A stretch of 62,075 bases of DNA from a bacterium (GCA_030535285.1 JAUMXX010000001.1:1-62075); one strand, 5' to 3'. Positions 18,941-27,100 are shown, counted from the first letter of the stretch. The notes: generated from the sequence alone by a model not told the origin. Made by a program: numbers and translations.

Positions 18941-20524
18941 ATGTTCAAAGTTATTAAAAACTTCTTTTTGTATACGATTATAATAAGCACTATTGCGGTG
19001 ATATTTTCATTTCCCGCCGGGATTAATGCCAGCGCGGCATCCCCATCACTTGAAGTGTCGAGTGCTCACGGTGTCGGTGGTTCAACCGTTAACATAAAGA
19101 TTTCTATTAAAAACAACCCCGGTCTGTCGGCTCTTAAACTTTCGGTAAAATACAGCAAATATCTTTCTTTAGTTAATGTGTCGGATAACGGTTTGTTGGG
19201 TGTTGCGGTAATAGACCCATCTTATCAAAACCCTCAAACACTCTACTGGTACAATATAAAAGGTTCCGCGAAAAACGGTGTTGTGGCAACACTTTCTTTC
19301 CGTGTTGCAGATTATGTGCCAAACGGTGAAGCGGGTGTTATCAGCGTTTCCACCGAAGAGGCCCTTGATAAAAATATGAAAAATGTGTCTTTTTCAACCG
19401 TGAATTCAACCGCCATTTGCACCCACAAGTCGACCTCAGAGAAGGTAATATCTAAGTCTACCTGTATCCGTGCAGGAGAAATTAATGTCGTGTGCAACAC
19501 CTGCAATAAAATTTTGCAAAAGAAAAGTGCTCCGCTTACCGAACATACATACGGTACGTTTTCTGTAATAAAAGATGCAACCTGTACCTCAACGGGAGTA
19601 AAGGTTGCTGTTTGTGTGGTTTGCGGACAAAAATACCCGGCAACCATAGCTAAAAAAGCTCATGAATATAAAGACTCGGTTACTATTAAAGGTCCTACCT
19701 GCACCGAAAACGGTATTTCGGTTAGATCCTGCAAACATTGCGGAGATAAAATTGAAACCGAAATAATGAAAATGGAACACTCTTTCACAAAATATACCAT
19801 GACAACAAGCCCAACCCTGTATTCCGAAGGGGAGAAAACAAGCAAATGTGTTCGTTGCGGTGTAGAACAAACCGAAAAGGTGATTCCGCAACTTATTGAT
19901 TCTGCAACAAGTGTAGCTGTTGCCGCCAAGGTTGGAACCTTTGATAACGGGACAACTATGCTTGTAAAAACCGTTTCAATGTCAGACAGCATATATACCA
20001 ATCTACGCGCCGCTATGTCGGATATAACAACATCATTCAAAACATATAACATTTCTTATGTTAATAACTCTCAACCCGTTTCGCCTAAAGGCACAATTAC
20101 GCTCTACATTCCTCTGAAGAATTATGATTTTGACACAGCGCAGTTATATTTCTATGACGAAAATTCACAGACTACAGAAAGAATCTCTGTCGAATACTAT
20201 GAAGCCGAAGACAACACAAAAACCCTCGTAAAACCGTATGTAAAATTTACAACCAATAAGGTCGGGTACTTCATTCTTGCCAACACCGCGAAGGCAACGG
20301 CGGCATCCGGTAAAAACGAGGATAAGTCTGCAGTTTCCAATGTTATTAACTCTAACTCAGGACTTCTTGTTTGGGTTGGTGTCGGCGTGGTCGTACTTGT
20401 CGCTTTCACCTTAATAACTTGGTTTATAATTTCAAAAGTTAAAAATAAGAAAAACAAGAAAAAGAACAATGTTTCTAATCTTGAAAACTTCTACACCGGT
20501 ATTGACGCCAATGAAAAAAACTAA
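18941..20524 (+). CDS. cell-surface protein: signal peptide, cohesin-like domain, four 39-aa His/Cys repeats, beta-rich domain, C-terminal TM anchor with Lys-rich tail
   Basis: The signal peptide ends at INASAAS. Residues ~35-158 follow the cohesin pattern (GSTVNIKISIKNNPGLSALKLSVKYSKYLSLVNV...ATLSFRV). Residues 160-315 repeat H-x12-C-x9-C-x2-C. The TM segment is LLVWVGVGVVVLVAFTLITWFII, followed by KVKNKKNKKKNN. Confidence 0.7.
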   Translation: MFKVIKNFFLYTIIISTIAVIFSFPAGINASAASPSLEVSSAHGVGGSTVNIKISIKNNPGLSALKLSVKYSKYLSLVNVSDNGLLGVAVIDPSYQNPQTLYWYNIKGSAKNGVVATLSFRVADYVPNGEAGVISVSTEEALDKNMKNVSFSTVNSTAICTHKSTSEKVISKSTCIRAGEINVVCNTCNKILQKKSAPLTEHTYGTFSVIKDATCTSTGVKVAVCVVCGQKYPATIAKKAHEYKDSVTIKGPTCTENGISVRSCKHCGDKIETEIMKMEHSFTKYTMTTSPTLYSEGEKTSKCVRCGVEQTEKVIPQLIDSATSVAVAAKVGTFDNGTTMLVKTVSMSDSIYTNLRAAMSDITTSFKTYNISYVNNSQPVSPKGTITLYIPLKNYDFDTAQLYFYDENSQTTERISVEYYEAEDNTKTLVKPYVKFTTNKVGYFILANTAKATAASGKNEDKSAVSNVINSNSGLLVWVGVGVVVLVAFTLITWFIISKVKNKKNKKKNNVSNLENFYTGIDANEKN

Positions 20525-20556
20525 ACTATGTTCTATCCGATCATGAACAGATAATC

Positions 20557-20598
20557 TATATCGGCCTCCTATACAAATAGGGGCCGATATTATTTATG
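20557..20598 (+). terminator. intrinsic terminator after the cohesin-protein gene
   Basis: A 14-bp stem with one bulge pairs ATATCGGCCTCCTAT with ATAGGGGCCGATAT, followed by TATTTAT. Confidence 0.6.
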
Positions 20599-20629
20599 CC
20601 TTTTCTGAAAACCTCTGTGAATATGAATA

Positions 20630-20658
20630 GAGAGACACCCTGTTTTTAAGTGTCTCTC
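20630..20658. terminator. 9-bp hairpin downstream of the 79-aa ORF (weak terminator candidate)
   Basis: GAGAGACAC pairs with GTGTCTCTC. There is no strong U-run on the reverse strand. Confidence 0.4.
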
Positions 20659-20682
20659 TATTATTTGGATCTTAAACCTTCA

Positions 20683-20922
20683 TTATTGCTGCGCCAACCA
20701 TTGTTCCGCTTTAGCCTTTGACATACTCTTTATATTTTCAACCGGATACGGCGACTTTTCTCCGCCGATACCGTAAATAAAGAATAGTTCGCCCGGCGTT
20801 TTATACAAGCACTCTTCATATCCCTCAGGATCGCCAAACCTGCCAAAGGTACGCTTTTTGACCAGGGTTGCCGTTTCAGTATCGTATTCTCTTTTGCAAA
20901 TAATTTTTTTCACATAGAACAC
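20683..20922 (-). CDS. small hypothetical protein (79 aa)
   Basis: The ORF lies 50 nt downstream of the DUF5412-like gene on the same strand. It is soluble and I cannot name a motif. Confidence 0.5.
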   Translation of the reverse strand: MFYVKKIICKREYDTETATLVKKRTFGRFGDPEGYEECLYKTPGELFFIYGIGGEKSPYPVENIKSMSKAKAEQWLAQQ

Positions 20923-20971
20923 TCCTTTTAAATTGATATATTATTAGTTTAGACAAAAATATTAAAATATT

Positions 20972-21370
20972 CTACGCTTTGCCGTCAGGTAGTTTTTCGG
21001 GCCCAAAAGCATCGCGCCAATCATATACCTGCGTAACTACATCAAATGCGTGTTCATTAACACTGATAATGGTATCACTCAGCCAACCGGCAAACGCATT
21101 GTTTACACCTGCTTCCCAATAAATATTCTTTACATCTCCTGTGTTGACATCGACTAATTCGCCTCTTATCGCACTGCTGAGTGTCTTGCCGGCATTAACA
21201 ACATAAAACCTGACCGTATATTGTCCGGTTGGTGACATTGAAGAAAACAAAAACTCACCCTTTGGAAGAGTATCAATATTATAAAAAAATGAATCCGATA
21301 TAAAAAAGCCAACATTTAAAACTATTACCACTGCCAATATTATCGATATGAGTTTTCCGGTTTTTTTCAT
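20972..21370 (-). CDS. N-terminally anchored small protein, DUF5412-like
   Basis: It has a signal/anchor segment (KLISIILAVVIVLNVGFFI). The pattern ...SP.G.YTV..Y..N.G.T...A+RGEL......+NIYW...YDWR resembles the Firmicute DUF5412 family from memory. The RBS is GAGGTG. Confidence 0.55.
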   Translation of the reverse strand: MKKTGKLISIILAVVIVLNVGFFISDSFFYNIDTLPKGEFLFSSMSPTGQYTVRFYVVNAGKTLSSAIRGELVDVNTGDVKNIYWEAGVNNAFAGWLSDTIISVNEHAFDVVTQVYDWRDAFGPEKLPDGKA

Positions 21371-21416
21371 AAATTCTTACACCTCATTTTCTCATGTTGT
21401 TGAAGAAGGTATTCTG

Positions 21417-21567
21417 TGCAAACCAAACGTCACTGCGCCTTTATAACGTTGGTGTTGTCGCACCCGCAGTGCGACAGGTTTGCATTTCGATGTTCTCAAA
21501 CTAAAATCTTTGATTTTCAAATGCTTCGCATTTCAACGGTGCTTTCACACCGTTGGTTTGAGAACAT
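21417..21567. repeat. two adjacent multi-branched blocks of nested perfect inverted repeats (candidate structured RNA or DNA cruciform element)
   Basis: Block B spans 21417-21484, where TGCAAACC/GGTTTGCA encloses TGTCGCAC-ccgca-GTGCGACA. Block A spans 21490-21567, where the 12-bp ATGTTCTCAAAC/GTTTGAGAACAT encloses three back-to-back hairpins (6, 6 and 8 bp). See findings. Confidence 0.6.
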
Positions 21568-21593
21568 TATAACACACATTTTTTATTTTTAAA

Positions 21594-21624
21594 AGAAAAA
21601 AACAACCGCCCTATTGGACGATTG
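21594..21624 (-). terminator. intrinsic terminator of the 5S rRNA gene
   Basis: The reverse strand reads CAATCGTCC-AATA-GGGCGGTTG (a 9-bp stem with G-U pairs) followed by TTTTTTTCTTTT. Confidence 0.7.
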
Positions 21625-21633
21625 CTCTTTTAT

Positions 21634-21749
21634 GTCGGCACCGACCTATTTTCCCGGGCAGTCTCCCGCCAAGTATCTTCGGCACTAATGAGCTTAACTT
21701 CTGTGTTCGGTATGGGAACAGGTGGACCCTCATTGTAATCAACACCGAC
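21634..21749 (-). rRNA. rrf: 5S ribosomal RNA (stand-alone copy)
   Basis: The reverse complement contains CCACCUGUUCCCAUACCGAACACAGAAGUUAAGCUCAUUAGUGCCGAAGAUACUUGGCGGGAGACUGCCCGGGAAAAUAGG. The terminal helix GUCGGUG.../...CGGUGCCGAC closes it. Length is about 116 nt. Confidence 0.9.
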
Positions 21750-21780
21750 TATTTATTCTAGCTTGATTAGAACAGTTAAC

Positions 21781-21809
21781 ATACTAACACATTATTCATC
21801 ATTTTTCAA
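21781..21809 (-). promoter_or_regulatory. sigma-A promoter driving the 5S rRNA gene
   Basis: The reverse strand reads TTGAAA-17 nt-TAGTAT with a TG-extended -10, about 30 nt upstream of the mature 5S 5' end. Confidence 0.55.
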
Positions 21810-21877
21810 GTCTTTTTTATACTTTTTTGAAATTTTTTTAAACCGGGTTGCTTTTGTAGGCTTAAATCCGTAAAACA

Positions 21878-22708
21878 CTATACCTTAGAAGCTTTCAAAT
21901 TAGCATTTGTAATGACAAATCTCGAAAAGACAGCATTTGCAGCAATAAAATACGGGAGTGTAAAAAGCAACGGCAAAGCCAGAAACGAGATGAAAGCCCA
22001 ACCGGTAAAACTTAAAATAAAAACGAAATACGCCGCTTTTGTGCCTTTTGCGAAGCCGACCGAGGTCTTGAACACCTGCTTGACACTTAACCGGGGGCAA
22101 GCAACGGTCACCCAAAGAACCATATAATATCGTAATGTTAAAATTAAATAGACGACACATCCTAAAATTAAGAATATTGTGTTTATTACGTTACCAAAAT
22201 CCACACTGAATAGCATTATTTGATTTATGTCATACTCGGCTGCAAAGTTTGTTAATATAACAGCCATAAAAAACGGTATGAATGACAACAGTCCAACCAC
22301 TAAATTTCTCCACAACAACCCAAAAAACACCGCAACCGATCTTTTAAATCTCTCACCGGTGCCAAAATAATAGAAAACCACGCCCACTGTATCTTTTGCC
22401 TCACCCGTCATACGCCAAAACCAACGAACTACCCCTAAAACTAACGGAAATACAAGCAGAAACGTCAAAGCAAGTGAGCTTACGGTTAAAAACAAATTTA
22501 GAATACCATTCCATAAGCCGCCTGCATAAGAATCAACCCCGTCCAAAAATTTTCCGGACTCTAATACAAAAATCCTGATCATTTGCTCAAAAAATATCTG
22601 AATAAGAAAAACCACAATAAGTATCAAGCACACCGTGATAGCCTGCAACCATTTATTCTTTAATGCGGTTTTGGCTGTTATCTTAGCAACAGAATTTGAC
22701 GGTAACAT
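21878..22708 (-). CDS. integral membrane protein, DUF975-like
   Basis: This 276-aa protein has several TM segments. The N-terminus (KITAKTALKNKWLQAI) resembles the DUF975 family opening. Confidence 0.55.
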   Translation of the reverse strand: MLPSNSVAKITAKTALKNKWLQAITVCLILIVVFLIQIFFEQMIRIFVLESGKFLDGVDSYAGGLWNGILNLFLTVSSLALTFLLVFPLVLGVVRWFWRMTGEAKDTVGVVFYYFGTGERFKRSVAVFFGLLWRNLVVGLLSFIPFFMAVILTNFAAEYDINQIMLFSVDFGNVINTIFLILGCVVYLILTLRYYMVLWVTVACPRLSVKQVFKTSVGFAKGTKAAYFVFILSFTGWAFISFLALPLLFTLPYFIAANAVFSRFVITNANLKASKV

Positions 22709-22973
22709 TTTAATCTCCCCTTAATATACTATCTATATTATACCAAATAATTGTTTATTTGTGAACTCAATTTAAACTTTAGCGTTAATACATATAAAAA
22801 TATGCTGTTTGATTTAAAAATCATATTATTTTTGTCCTTATTCATGTCTTTTTAACATATATAATATCAGTGAGCAGATTACGTTATTTATCGTTTACAC
22901 ACCAAGAAATATTAATCGATGCATCAGTGATGATTTGCTATGTTTTATATATGAGAAAGGATATGGTGGTTTT

Positions 22974-24218
22974 ATGAAAAAGGCAAAAAAAATAATTATA
23001 TGTTTGGTTTATGTTTTAATTTTTTCGGTAGGTTCTGTCAATCTGTATGCCAATGCAGATGTCGGAAAACTTAAACAAGTAGTTACCGAATACAATGACC
23101 TTGACTTAACAGAACCTCTGGCCGAAGTTTCGGGCAACATAACCAACAGTGATCTTATGCAACTCAATGCGAAATCGGTTATACTTATTGAAAAAACAAC
23201 CGGTCAGGTACTTTACGAAAAGGATTCGCACAGCAAATTACCTCCCGCCTCAATAACAAAAGTAATGTCATTACTTCTTGTAATGGAGGCGCTGGATGAA
23301 GAAAAAATTTCACTTGACACCGTCATACGAGCAAGCGATCACGCTTGTTCCATGGGCGGCTCGCAAATCTGGCTGGAACCAAACGAAACCATGAGTGTAG
23401 ATGAACTTTTAAAAGCGTCGGTTATCGGTTCTGCAAACGATGCAACGGTGGCTCTTGCAGAGCAAATTTCCGGTAGTGAGGAAGGTTTCGTCGCTAAGAT
23501 GAATGAACGGGCGATATCACTAAATATGAACGATACACATTTTGTTAATGCCTCCGGACTTGATGCCGAGGGACATCTGACCTCAGCAAATGATATTGCG
23601 ATAATGTCTGCACAGTTATTAAAATACAGTTTGATAAAAAACTATTCTACAGTCTGGATGGACTCTTTAAGAAACGGCAAGACCGAGCTTGTCAACACAA
23701 ACAAACTTGTGAGATTTTACGAGGGTGCAACCGGTTTGAAAACCGGAACAACCGACCTGGCGGGTTGTTGTGTTACCGCCTCTGCCGAACGTGACGGAAT
23801 GGAACTCATCGCTGTTGTAATGGGTGCCCAAACAAGCACCGAAAGATTCAATATTGCAAGAAAACTGTTGGATTACGGCTTTGCAAATTACTCAATAGTT
23901 AATGTTGAGGTCCCAAGTGAAAACCTGCATCCGATCGGTGTTAAAAAAGGGGTTTTACCTTCTGTAGACATAACTACCGAAGGTACTAAAAATATATTAA
24001 TAGAAACCTCCAGACGAGATGAAATCAAACAGGAAATAATAATTGAAAAAAGCCTTTCCGCTCCGGTGGCAAAGGAACAACAGGTGGGATTTTCCCGCAT
24101 ACTGCTTGACGGGGAAGAACTTTCCCGAATTAAAATTTTAGCTAAGCAGGAGATAAAACCGATGACTTTAATAACCGCGTTTAAAAAATTACTGTATGAA
24201 ATTTTAAATTTTTGCTGA
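22974..24218 (+). CDS. D-alanyl-D-alanine carboxypeptidase (peptidase S11, low-MW PBP)
   Basis: It has a signal peptide and the motifs SITK (SxxK), SAND (SxN) and KTGTT (KTG). The ATG at 22974 follows AAAGGA. Confidence 0.88.
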   Translation: MKKAKKIIICLVYVLIFSVGSVNLYANADVGKLKQVVTEYNDLDLTEPLAEVSGNITNSDLMQLNAKSVILIEKTTGQVLYEKDSHSKLPPASITKVMSLLLVMEALDEEKISLDTVIRASDHACSMGGSQIWLEPNETMSVDELLKASVIGSANDATVALAEQISGSEEGFVAKMNERAISLNMNDTHFVNASGLDAEGHLTSANDIAIMSAQLLKYSLIKNYSTVWMDSLRNGKTELVNTNKLVRFYEGATGLKTGTTDLAGCCVTASAERDGMELIAVVMGAQTSTERFNIARKLLDYGFANYSIVNVEVPSENLHPIGVKKGVLPSVDITTEGTKNILIETSRRDEIKQEIIIEKSLSAPVAKEQQVGFSRILLDGEELSRIKILAKQEIKPMTLITAFKKLLYEILNFC

Positions 24219-24310
24219 AAATTCATATTGTTTTAATAATTATGATTGAAAAAACTGTTATAATATAGTAAAATATAAGTACTTAAATAGTAGGAGGAAA
24301 CTTATTAAAC

Positions 24311-25648
24311 ATGGCATTAAATTTCAACAGCAAACTCGCTGAATGTTTTTTAACAGAAAACGACACAAAAGGTCTATACGGTCAAGTAAAATTGGCACAC
24401 GACCAAATTAATAACAAAAACGGACTTGGAAATGATTTTTTAGGATGGGTTGATTTGCCTGTCAACTATGACAAAGAAGAATTTGCAAGAATTAAAGCTG
24501 CCGCAAAGAGAATCCGGGAAAATTCCGATATTTTAATCGTTATCGGTATCGGCGGTTCCTATTTGGGCGCACGTGCGGCAATTGAATTTCTAAAATCACC
24601 ACTTTACAATTCGATGCCGAAGAATACACCTGATATATATTTCGCAGGCAACAGCATAAGCGGTTCATACCTTAGTGATCTGCTTAAGATTTGTGAGGGT
24701 AAAAGGGTTTCGGTAAATGTTATTTCAAAATCCGGAACCACCACTGAGCCGGCTATAACCTTCAGAGTATTAAAAGAATATCTTGAACACAACTACGGAA
24801 AAGAAGAAGCCGTAAAACGTATCTATTGCACAACCGACAAAGCAAGAGGCACGCTCAAGGCACTTGCAGACGAACAAGGGTACGAAACCTTTGTCGTGCC
24901 GGATGACGTTGGCGGAAGATTCTCGGTTTTAACCGCTGTCGGTCTTTTACCTATTGCAGTCAGCGGTGCTGATATTGACGCGCTTATGAAGGGTGCTGCT
25001 CTTGCAAGAGATGAATACAGTAATCCGGATATTGACAAGAATCCCTGTTATCAATATGCAATTATGCGCAACGCGTTTTACAGAAAGGGTAAAGAAATTG
25101 AAATGCTGGTTTCATATGAACCGCGTTTCAACATGATGTCTGAATGGTTTAAACAGTTATACGGAGAAAGTGAAGGCAAGGATAATAAAGGGCTTTTCCC
25201 CGCCTCTGCAACCTTTACAACCGACCTTCATTCAATGGGGCAATACATTCAAGACGGACGCCGTCATCTCTTTGAGACTGTTGTTATGATCAACGACTGC
25301 GGTGACGATATTGTTATTCAAGAGGATGAAGTCAACGGTGACGGGCTGAACTTCCTTGCGGGAAAAACTATGTCCTTTGTTAACAGCAAGGCTTTTGCCG
25401 GCACTGTTTTAGCCCATACCGACGGTAATGTTCCCAACCTTGTTATAACTATCGACAAGGCAAACGAGGAGGATTTGGGCAGGTTGATTTATTTCTTTGA
25501 AAAAGCCTGCGCAATTTCCGGGTATGTTTTAGGAGTTAACCCGTTTGATCAACCCGGTGTTGAGAGTTATAAGAAAAATATGTTTGCTATGCTGGGTAAA
25601 CCGGGATACGAATCTGCAAGAGCAGAATTGGAAGCAAGATTAAAATAA
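24311..25648 (+). CDS. pgi: glucose-6-phosphate isomerase
   Basis: It contains [22 protein letters not shown] and GESEGK. At 445 aa it is Firmicute-type PGI. Confidence 0.95.
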   Translation: MALNFNSKLAECFLTENDTKGLYGQVKLAHDQINNKNGLGNDFLGWVDLPVNYDKEEFARIKAAAKRIRENSDILIVIGIGGSYLGARAAIEFLKSPLYNSMPKNTPDIYFAGNSISGSYLSDLLKICEGKRVSVNVISKSGTTTEPAITFRVLKEYLEHNYGKEEAVKRIYCTTDKARGTLKALADEQGYETFVVPDDVGGRFSVLTAVGLLPIAVSGADIDALMKGAALARDEYSNPDIDKNPCYQYAIMRNAFYRKGKEIEMLVSYEPRFNMMSEWFKQLYGESEGKDNKGLFPASATFTTDLHSMGQYIQDGRRHLFETVVMINDCGDDIVIQEDEVNGDGLNFLAGKTMSFVNSKAFAGTVLAHTDGNVPNLVITIDKANEEDLGRLIYFFEKACAISGYVLGVNPFDQPGVESYKKNMFAMLGKPGYESARAELEARLK

Positions 25649-25688
25649 AACCGTGCCTTGCACGGAAAAAATAAAAGGAGCTGTTAAA

Positions 25689-26105
25689 ATGATTAAGTTA
25701 ATTATCGGGAAAAAAGGTTCCGGAAAAACAAAAAAACTCATTGATGCTGTATTAAAGGCAGTCGAGGCATCTGAAGGTCATGTTGTTTGTGTGGAAAAAG
25801 GTCCTTCACTAACATATGATTTGCCCCATAAAGTCCGTTTGATTAATACAGAAGAGTACGGGATTTTAGGATATGATATGTTCTATGGATTGATTTCAGG
25901 CATCTGTGCCGGAAACTATGATGTTACCCATTTGTTCATTGACGCAACTCTGAGAATCGGAGATCGCAACCTTGAAAACTTCGCCGATTTCATCCAAAAG
26001 ATAAACGACCTTGCTAATAAGTGTGAAGCTGAGATTGTGTTTACTGTATCATGTGATGAATCTGAACTTCCGAAACGCGTATTTGACATTGTTGAAAAGT
26101 ATTAA
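25689..26105 (+). CDS. small stand-alone P-loop NTPase-like protein (138 aa), function unknown
   Basis: Walker A (GKKGSGKT) lies at residues 7-14 and a hydrophobic-strand-D sequence (HLFIDA) is a candidate Walker B. The ATG at 25689 follows AAAAGGAG. Confidence 0.6.
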   Translation: MIKLIIGKKGSGKTKKLIDAVLKAVEASEGHVVCVEKGPSLTYDLPHKVRLINTEEYGILGYDMFYGLISGICAGNYDVTHLFIDATLRIGDRNLENFADFIQKINDLANKCEAEIVFTVSCDESELPKRVFDIVEKY

Positions 26106-26120
26106 TCTTTGAATTCAATT

Positions 26121-26158
26121 AAAACACGGTTTGCAATGTAAACCGTGTTTTATTTTTT
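26121..26158 (+). terminator. intrinsic terminator after the pgi / P-loop genes
   Basis: A 12-bp stem pairs AAAACACGGTTT with AAACCGTGTTTT, followed by ATTTTTT. Confidence 0.75.
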
Positions 26159-26217
26159 CAACATTCGTGTTGTTTGTGACTATTTTTCTCCGCCCGGTGT
26201 GTTTTTGCATTTTTTGC

Positions 26218-26246
26218 TTGACAAAGGAAATAATGATAGATATAAT
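26218..26246 (+). promoter_or_regulatory. consensus sigma-A promoter for yceD-rpmF
   Basis: Exact TTGACA-17 nt-TATAAT. Confidence 0.7.
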
Positions 26247-26274
26247 ATTTGGTGTGACAATTTGGGGTGTGCTT

Positions 26275-26769
26275 ATGGTTTTGGATTTAAGACGTGTCTT
26301 TTTAAACGAAGGTGAAGTTCTTCCCTTTGAACTTGAGTTTGACTTTAGTGAGTTAGAGCTTTTCGGCAGATTTCCACTCAACCAACCAGTTAAAGCTTTA
26401 GGTCGCGTCTATAATCAAACCGGAATAGTGTATCTCGACTTTGTCTGCAAGGTTCAGTATAACTCGTTCTGTGACAGGTGTGCTGTGCCGATTCAAAAAA
26501 CATATAACCTTCCGGTTAAATATCTTCTTGTCAGCGAATTAGAAAATGAAGACAATGACGAATTGCTTTTGATTGATGATTTTAAGCTTGATTTGAAGAC
26601 GCTGTGCGAAAGCGAGGTCATTTTAGGGCTCGAAATAAAGCATCTATGTAAAGACGACTGCAAAGGCATTTGTGAAATTTGCGGCAAAAACCTCAATGAA
26701 GGCAGCTGTGGTTGTTCAAAGAAACAACCTGACCCCAGGTTTGATGTGTTAAGAGATTTATTAAAATAA
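26275..26769 (+). CDS. yceD: YceD/DUF177 family ribosome-associated protein
   Basis: It is conserved immediately upstream of rpmF and has a C-terminal CKxDCKGICxxCGxNLN...C.C motif. The ATG at 26275 lies downstream of the consensus promoter, and the ORF-track start at 26131 lies upstream of that promoter. Confidence 0.85.
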   Translation: MVLDLRRVFLNEGEVLPFELEFDFSELELFGRFPLNQPVKALGRVYNQTGIVYLDFVCKVQYNSFCDRCAVPIQKTYNLPVKYLLVSELENEDNDELLLIDDFKLDLKTLCESEVILGLEIKHLCKDDCKGICEICGKNLNEGSCGCSKKQPDPRFDVLRDLLK

Positions 26770-26820
26770 CATATACATGTTACAACAATACTACTTCTAT
26801 ACTTTTAAGGAGGTGCTGAA

Positions 26821-27003
26821 ATGGCGGTACCAAAGAGAAAAACTTCAAAAGCAAGAAAGAATAAAAGGCGTTCAAATGTTTGGAAGCTGGTTGCTCCGGC
26901 ATTGGTAAAATGTTCTCGTTGCGGGGAATACAAAAGGCCTCATAGGGTGTGTTCTTCCTGCGGTTATTACAACGACCGTGAAGTAGTTAAGGTTGAGGAT
27001 TAA
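26821..27003 (+). CDS. rpmF: 50S ribosomal protein L32
   Basis: The sequence starts [17 protein letters not shown] and includes the zinc-ribbon [18 protein letters not shown]. Confidence 0.97.
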   Translation: MAVPKRKTSKARKNKRRSNVWKLVAPALVKCSRCGEYKRPHRVCSSCGYYNDREVVKVED

Positions 27004-27065
27004 TTCTATTTGTGTTAATTATCCTTACGAAACCATGAGTGTTAAAATTTTATATGAACGTTCAT

Positions 27066-27100
27066 AAAACTCCCGACAAAATGTCGGGAGTTTTTGTTTT
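27066..27100. terminator. bidirectional intrinsic terminator (rpmF / uvrC)
   Basis: AAAACTCCCGACA pairs with TGTCGGGAGTTTT and is flanked by A and T runs. Confidence 0.75.

Noticed and set aside
21394-21507. A 37-codon plus-strand ORF across repeat block B (MLLKKVFCANQTSLRLYNVGVVAPAVRQVCISMFSN).
   Set aside because: It has no RBS upstream, since that sequence is the reverse complement of the neighbouring gene's RBS. The frame is a by-product of the palindromes.
21490-21567. A cloverleaf-like four-way junction that could be a tRNA or tRNA-like gene.
   Set aside because: The closing stem is 12 bp rather than 7. Two arms have 3-nt loops. There is no GTTC/T-loop, D-loop or 7-nt anticodon loop, and the element is 78 nt with no CCA context. 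It is reported as an unexplained repeat structure instead.
26131-26274. An upstream extension of the yceD ORF, and the antisense 88-aa ORF at 26115-26381.
   Set aside because: The extension spans the pgi-operon terminator and an exact TTGACA-17-TATAAT promoter. The YceD-like sequence starts at the ATG at 26275.
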